DNA of 28,121 nucleotides from a virus (Duplodnaviria; Caudoviricetes), in the IMG/VR virus record IMGVR_UViG_3300017910_000028, positions 1-28,121 of that record; one strand, given 5' to 3'. The notes under the pieces are model-generated. The model had not been told where the DNA came from, ran no database searches, and saw only the letters and a list, made by a program, of their open reading frames with translations. Position 1 is the first letter of the stretch. Each line of letters begins with the position of its first letter. Position numbers and translations under genes: made by a program. Positions 24,776-28,121 of this stretch are shown here, one piece after another.

Positions 24776-25420
24776 TTATTCCTGCGAGGGTATTTCAGCC
24801 CATCCAGATGTTAAATCAACTTGGCGTAAGGCAGCAATGTCATTAGCAGCATTGATTGCTGTTAGAAGTTCTTTTTCCTTAGCGTAAGCATTTGCAACGT
24901 GAGTAGCAACAGCAGACTTTAAAGCATCCATGTCTGTATCAACAAACTCAGGATCAGAAATAAAAGTTGTTTCCACTGTTGACTCGTCTTCTTGCACAAC
25001 GTCCTTTACAACCGTAGCAGCTGCTTTCCAACTAACTGTGCCTGTCATGCGGCTAATGGCAGATTGCGAGTCCCTGTCCGTTATATAAAACTTATTGTTT
25101 AAAAATATGCCACCTGTTTCTACCTCAAACCGTTTTTGAGATATTTCAGATTTTGCTTGTTCCTTAGCAACTTCTATAGAAATGTCTTTTGCCGAAACGC
25201 TAATAACCCATGCGTCTCCTGATACCTGACCAATCTCAGAACCCTCTGTTTGATATTTTTCTAAAATTGGTCTGCTGTATTCCACGTTTCTTAAAGTGCC
25301 AAAAGACGATGAGAACGGCAGTTTTGGTTGATTATTTCCTACCAATCCCAGCATCTCTTGCAATCTTCCATTCCAGCTACCTTGGTAAACAAGCTGACCA
25401 TTAAGTTCTAGTGCGATCAT
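24776..25420 (-). CDS. DUF4376-like tail fibre assembly protein
   Basis: KRFEVETGGI, TDRDSQS, VSWK, HVANAYAKE. Confidence 0.78.
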   Translation of the reverse strand: MIALELNGQLVYQGSWNGRLQEMLGLVGNNQPKLPFSSSFGTLRNVEYSRPILEKYQTEGSEIGQVSGDAWVISVSAKDISIEVAKEQAKSEISQKRFEVETGGIFLNNKFYITDRDSQSAISRMTGTVSWKAAATVVKDVVQEDESTVETTFISDPEFVDTDMDALKSAVATHVANAYAKEKELLTAINAANDIAALRQVDLTSGWAEIPSQE

Positions 25421-25432
25421 TTCTCACTTTCC

Positions 25433-25528
25433 TTACATGCAAACATCTTCATAACGGATGTTCTGTGATCGTCTGTAGTTGTTAAGTTCATGTGCTTTTT
25501 TCTTTTTACTAAATAGTTTTTTAAACAT
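25433..25528 (-). CDS. Small basic peptide, 31 aa (not in ORF track)
   Basis: MFKKLFSKKKKAHELNNYRRSQNIRYEDVCM; GGAAGG SD; fills the gap. Confidence 0.55.
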   Translation of the reverse strand: MFKKLFSKKKKAHELNNYRRSQNIRYEDVCM

Positions 25529-25530
25529 AA

Positions 25531-28121
25531 TTACCTTCCGTATATCGGTGGTAGCGTACCATTACCCCCTATTTCAGCCATAGCTAGATAAATCATCGGA
25601 TTACCTCCGACTACACTTGAATTTGTTCTAATTTTAAAACCGTCACTAAGCAAATCAGCATGAAAATTTGCGGTATCCGTGGACGTTGCCTCTGCATTAC
25701 TGGTGTTAGGTTCGAGAAATAATTTAGCTACATTTATAGGACTTCTTGCTGTATCTAAAATTTGCCAATCTCTAGCAGTTGAATCTGCTCTCTTAATTAA
25801 AATCCATCTAGGTTTAAACCCTAATGAAATGTAGCTTCCATCTTGAGCATTAGCACTTGCAAAAGACCCTACCTTACACACACCGGGAATAGAGCGAAAT
25901 GCATAGAACACAAAACTTTCAGTATTTGCATTTATTTCATTATGAGTACCAATTTTAAACACATCAGCAGTTGGATTAGATGCATCACTTCCACCAAATT
26001 TCTGAGAGTTAGCTGAGAAAGTTGCAGTGACCGCAAAATCTGCCGTATGTGTAGCACCCCCACCATCTGTATGCCAAACTAAGCCAAATGTACTACGACT
26101 GAGGTTGCGAACTATAATCATTTCTGGGATACCACCAAGTCCATGTCCTATTGTAGCGTTGTCAGCACCAGTTCCAGTATAAGTCCCGACACTGAAATGA
26201 CCAGTGTCAGATACAATGGTTGTAGATGGAATAGTTCCAGCAGGACTTGTTGTGCTACCAGTTGTTGCACTATTACCTACAAGCCACTGCCAAAGAACAT
26301 AACTTTCATTGGCAGTGTTTACCTGTACATCATTGCCAACCTGTACACCTCTCTGTAGAAATCTCTGCACAGTATTAGCATTAGTAAAAGCTGCTGTATT
26401 AGTATTAGATTCCCAAACCTTGCCTACTCCTCTGACTCTGTCTACTAGAACATGGTTGTCATCAGCATCTCTATTTTTGATCCATGCCCAAGCTGTAAGT
26501 TTAGATGCAGTGTCGTCTAAATTATCTTGGTTAAGTGCTTTAAATCCTGTTACAGGAGCATGCTTCCAATATCCATCAGAGGCAGCGTTGAATGACGTTG
26601 CTCCACCATCAAATTGTAGTAACTGTCCAAAGTTTGTTTGTGCTTCCTTAGTGCCGGGATTGCCATAGTGCACTGCTGGAACTAATTCAATAGTAGCCCC
26701 AAAGCTTATATCTGGAGTAGCTGTTTCAGTAGCAGCGGGAGTATTGCTCATAGCAGTGCCATTTAAAGAAAACCACATACCATAGTTGTTCTTAACTTTT
26801 CTTATGTAAATTCCTACAACATCTCCTGCTGATGGATTTGAAAGAGTTGGTCCAGCCGTTGAGTTTGAACCTCCATTGTTTTGCATGATAAGAGTACCAC
26901 CGGTAACTTGTATACCAGAAAGAGAAGGGTTGCTTGTAGATCCTGTAACTGTTGTAGCTGGATTAAATAATCCAAACACCATATTGTTTACATCTTCGAT
27001 AGTATTAACTTCGTAATACCAGTAACCATCTTGTATTGGAAAACCTGCTGCTAAAGCAACAGAACCATTACCATCTTTTGTAGTTAGATTGCCCTCAGAC
27101 AAAGACATTGCTGTATGAACAGCACCCTTAACTGTATCATATATAGCATAGTTTTTAGAAGGAGTATCTGTAAACTTATCAGATGTTGCCCAACTGCCTT
27201 CCTCTGTGAAGTTATTACTTCTTCCAGAGGTATCTGTTCCAGCACCGCTGCCAGTGTCAAATGTACCCTCATACTCTAAATAAAACCCATTTGCACCAAA
27301 GGTTAAGCCGCTTACACTCTTTGGAACCCAGCGATTAGTTGATGTATCTAACTGACCAAATGAAGAAGCATCAAGCCTAGCGTTATCAATAAAAACTGTT
27401 TCTGCAAAATAACCGTCAAAATACGCTGCTGCAAGACCTCCGTCTCGACCACCAATATTATGCTGTATTGCTGAATTAAGATGTATGTCAGCATTACCAA
27501 TAGAATCAGTTCCCGTTAGTGTTTGTTGGACGCCATCTATAAAAAGTCTATATCGCTCTGCTGTTGAACTTTGGTCTGTATCAATTGATAAAACAATGGT
27601 TACCCACTGACTTGTGTCAGCAATATCAATGTCACTTCCAAGACTTAAAACAGTGCTGTTCGATACCTTTGAAAAAATAGTTATATTATCAGCACTTGCA
27701 AAAGATATTTCAAATCTATTACTTAAAGACGTTCCAGACGAAAAAATAATTTGCTCAGAGCCAGCGGGATTTGTCCACTTAGCCCATGTGCTGAAAGTCA
27801 TCTTTCTAAGACTGTCGGCTGTGCCAAACGTCCTAGATAAAATTCTGGTATCTCCATCATCAAACATTGCAGAATTATCTACAGTGTAAGCATCAGTGAA
27901 AGGAACAAAGTCACCTACTCTTTGTCCAGTTCCATTGCCTTCGTAGAGAGTAGCATCAAAATAATCTATTCCTTGATAGGTAGGTGTTAATAAGTTTGGT
28001 GTACTAAGAGTTAATGCGCCTTCTGCTGGACTGTAACCTCTTTGACCAAAATCTGTCGTTGCTTTCTTTGTACCGGGGTTTACATAATGCACTCCAAAAA
28101 ATACATCTCCAGTGTGTGTAA
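25531..28121 (-). CDS. Tail fibre / receptor-binding protein with LamG(ConA)-like and SPRY-like modules; 5' end outside the window
   Basis: Frame is open to the window edge; KMTFSTWAK..YFDGYFAE, GYWYYEV, WIKNRD, HGLG..PEMIIVR, LGFKPRWILIKR. Confidence 0.85.
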   Translation of the reverse strand, partial: THTGDVFFGVHYVNPGTKKATTDFGQRGYSPAEGALTLSTPNLLTPTYQGIDYFDATLYEGNGTGQRVGDFVPFTDAYTVDNSAMFDDGDTRILSRTFGTADSLRKMTFSTWAKWTNPAGSEQIIFSSGTSLSNRFEISFASADNITIFSKVSNSTVLSLGSDIDIADTSQWVTIVLSIDTDQSSTAERYRLFIDGVQQTLTGTDSIGNADIHLNSAIQHNIGGRDGGLAAAYFDGYFAETVFIDNARLDASSFGQLDTSTNRWVPKSVSGLTFGANGFYLEYEGTFDTGSGAGTDTSGRSNNFTEEGSWATSDKFTDTPSKNYAIYDTVKGAVHTAMSLSEGNLTTKDGNGSVALAAGFPIQDGYWYYEVNTIEDVNNMVFGLFNPATTVTGSTSNPSLSGIQVTGGTLIMQNNGGSNSTAGPTLSNPSAGDVVGIYIRKVKNNYGMWFSLNGTAMSNTPAATETATPDISFGATIELVPAVHYGNPGTKEAQTNFGQLLQFDGGATSFNAASDGYWKHAPVTGFKALNQDNLDDTASKLTAWAWIKNRDADDNHVLVDRVRGVGKVWESNTNTAAFTNANTVQRFLQRGVQVGNDVQVNTANESYVLWQWLVGNSATTGSTTSPAGTIPSTTIVSDTGHFSVGTYTGTGADNATIGHGLGGIPEMIIVRNLSRSTFGLVWHTDGGGATHTADFAVTATFSANSQKFGGSDASNPTADVFKIGTHNEINANTESFVFYAFRSIPGVCKVGSFASANAQDGSYISLGFKPRWILIKRADSTARDWQILDTARSPINVAKLFLEPNTSNAEATSTDTANFHADLLSDGFKIRTNSSVVGGNPMIYLAMAEIGGNGTLPPIYGR

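Overview
This window is most of the genome of a lytic, probably marine, T7-related podovirus with a Zobellviridae/cobavirus (SIO1)-like layout of two convergent arms. The + arm (1-10015) carries replication and nucleotide metabolism: primase-helicase, ThyX, compact Tyr762 family A DNA polymerase, SSB, GIY-YIG endonuclease, Cas4-like exonuclease, stand-alone class II-like ribonucleotide reductase, 2OG-Fe(II) oxygenase and Hsp20. The - arm (10045-28121) carries morphogenesis: LamG/SPRY tail fibre, chaperone, collar protein, scaffold, major capsid, adaptor, stabilisation protein, ejection proteins, SleB-type hydrolase and membrane proteins. The arms meet at a UUCG hairpin terminator. No RNA polymerase, terminase, portal, integrase, tRNA or CRISPR array was seen. 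The best non-coding signal is a hsp20 cassette with its own sigma70 promoter and a two-hairpin ROSE-like RNA thermometer that sequesters the Shine-Dalgarno (SD) sequence. Other leads are a second sigma70 promoter ahead of the head genes, a gp4B-like internal start, several unannotated small ORFs, an S74 autocleaving domain on an ejection-type protein and a possible lipoprotein overprinted in the RNR gene. All family assignments come from motif recognition by eye; no database searches were run.
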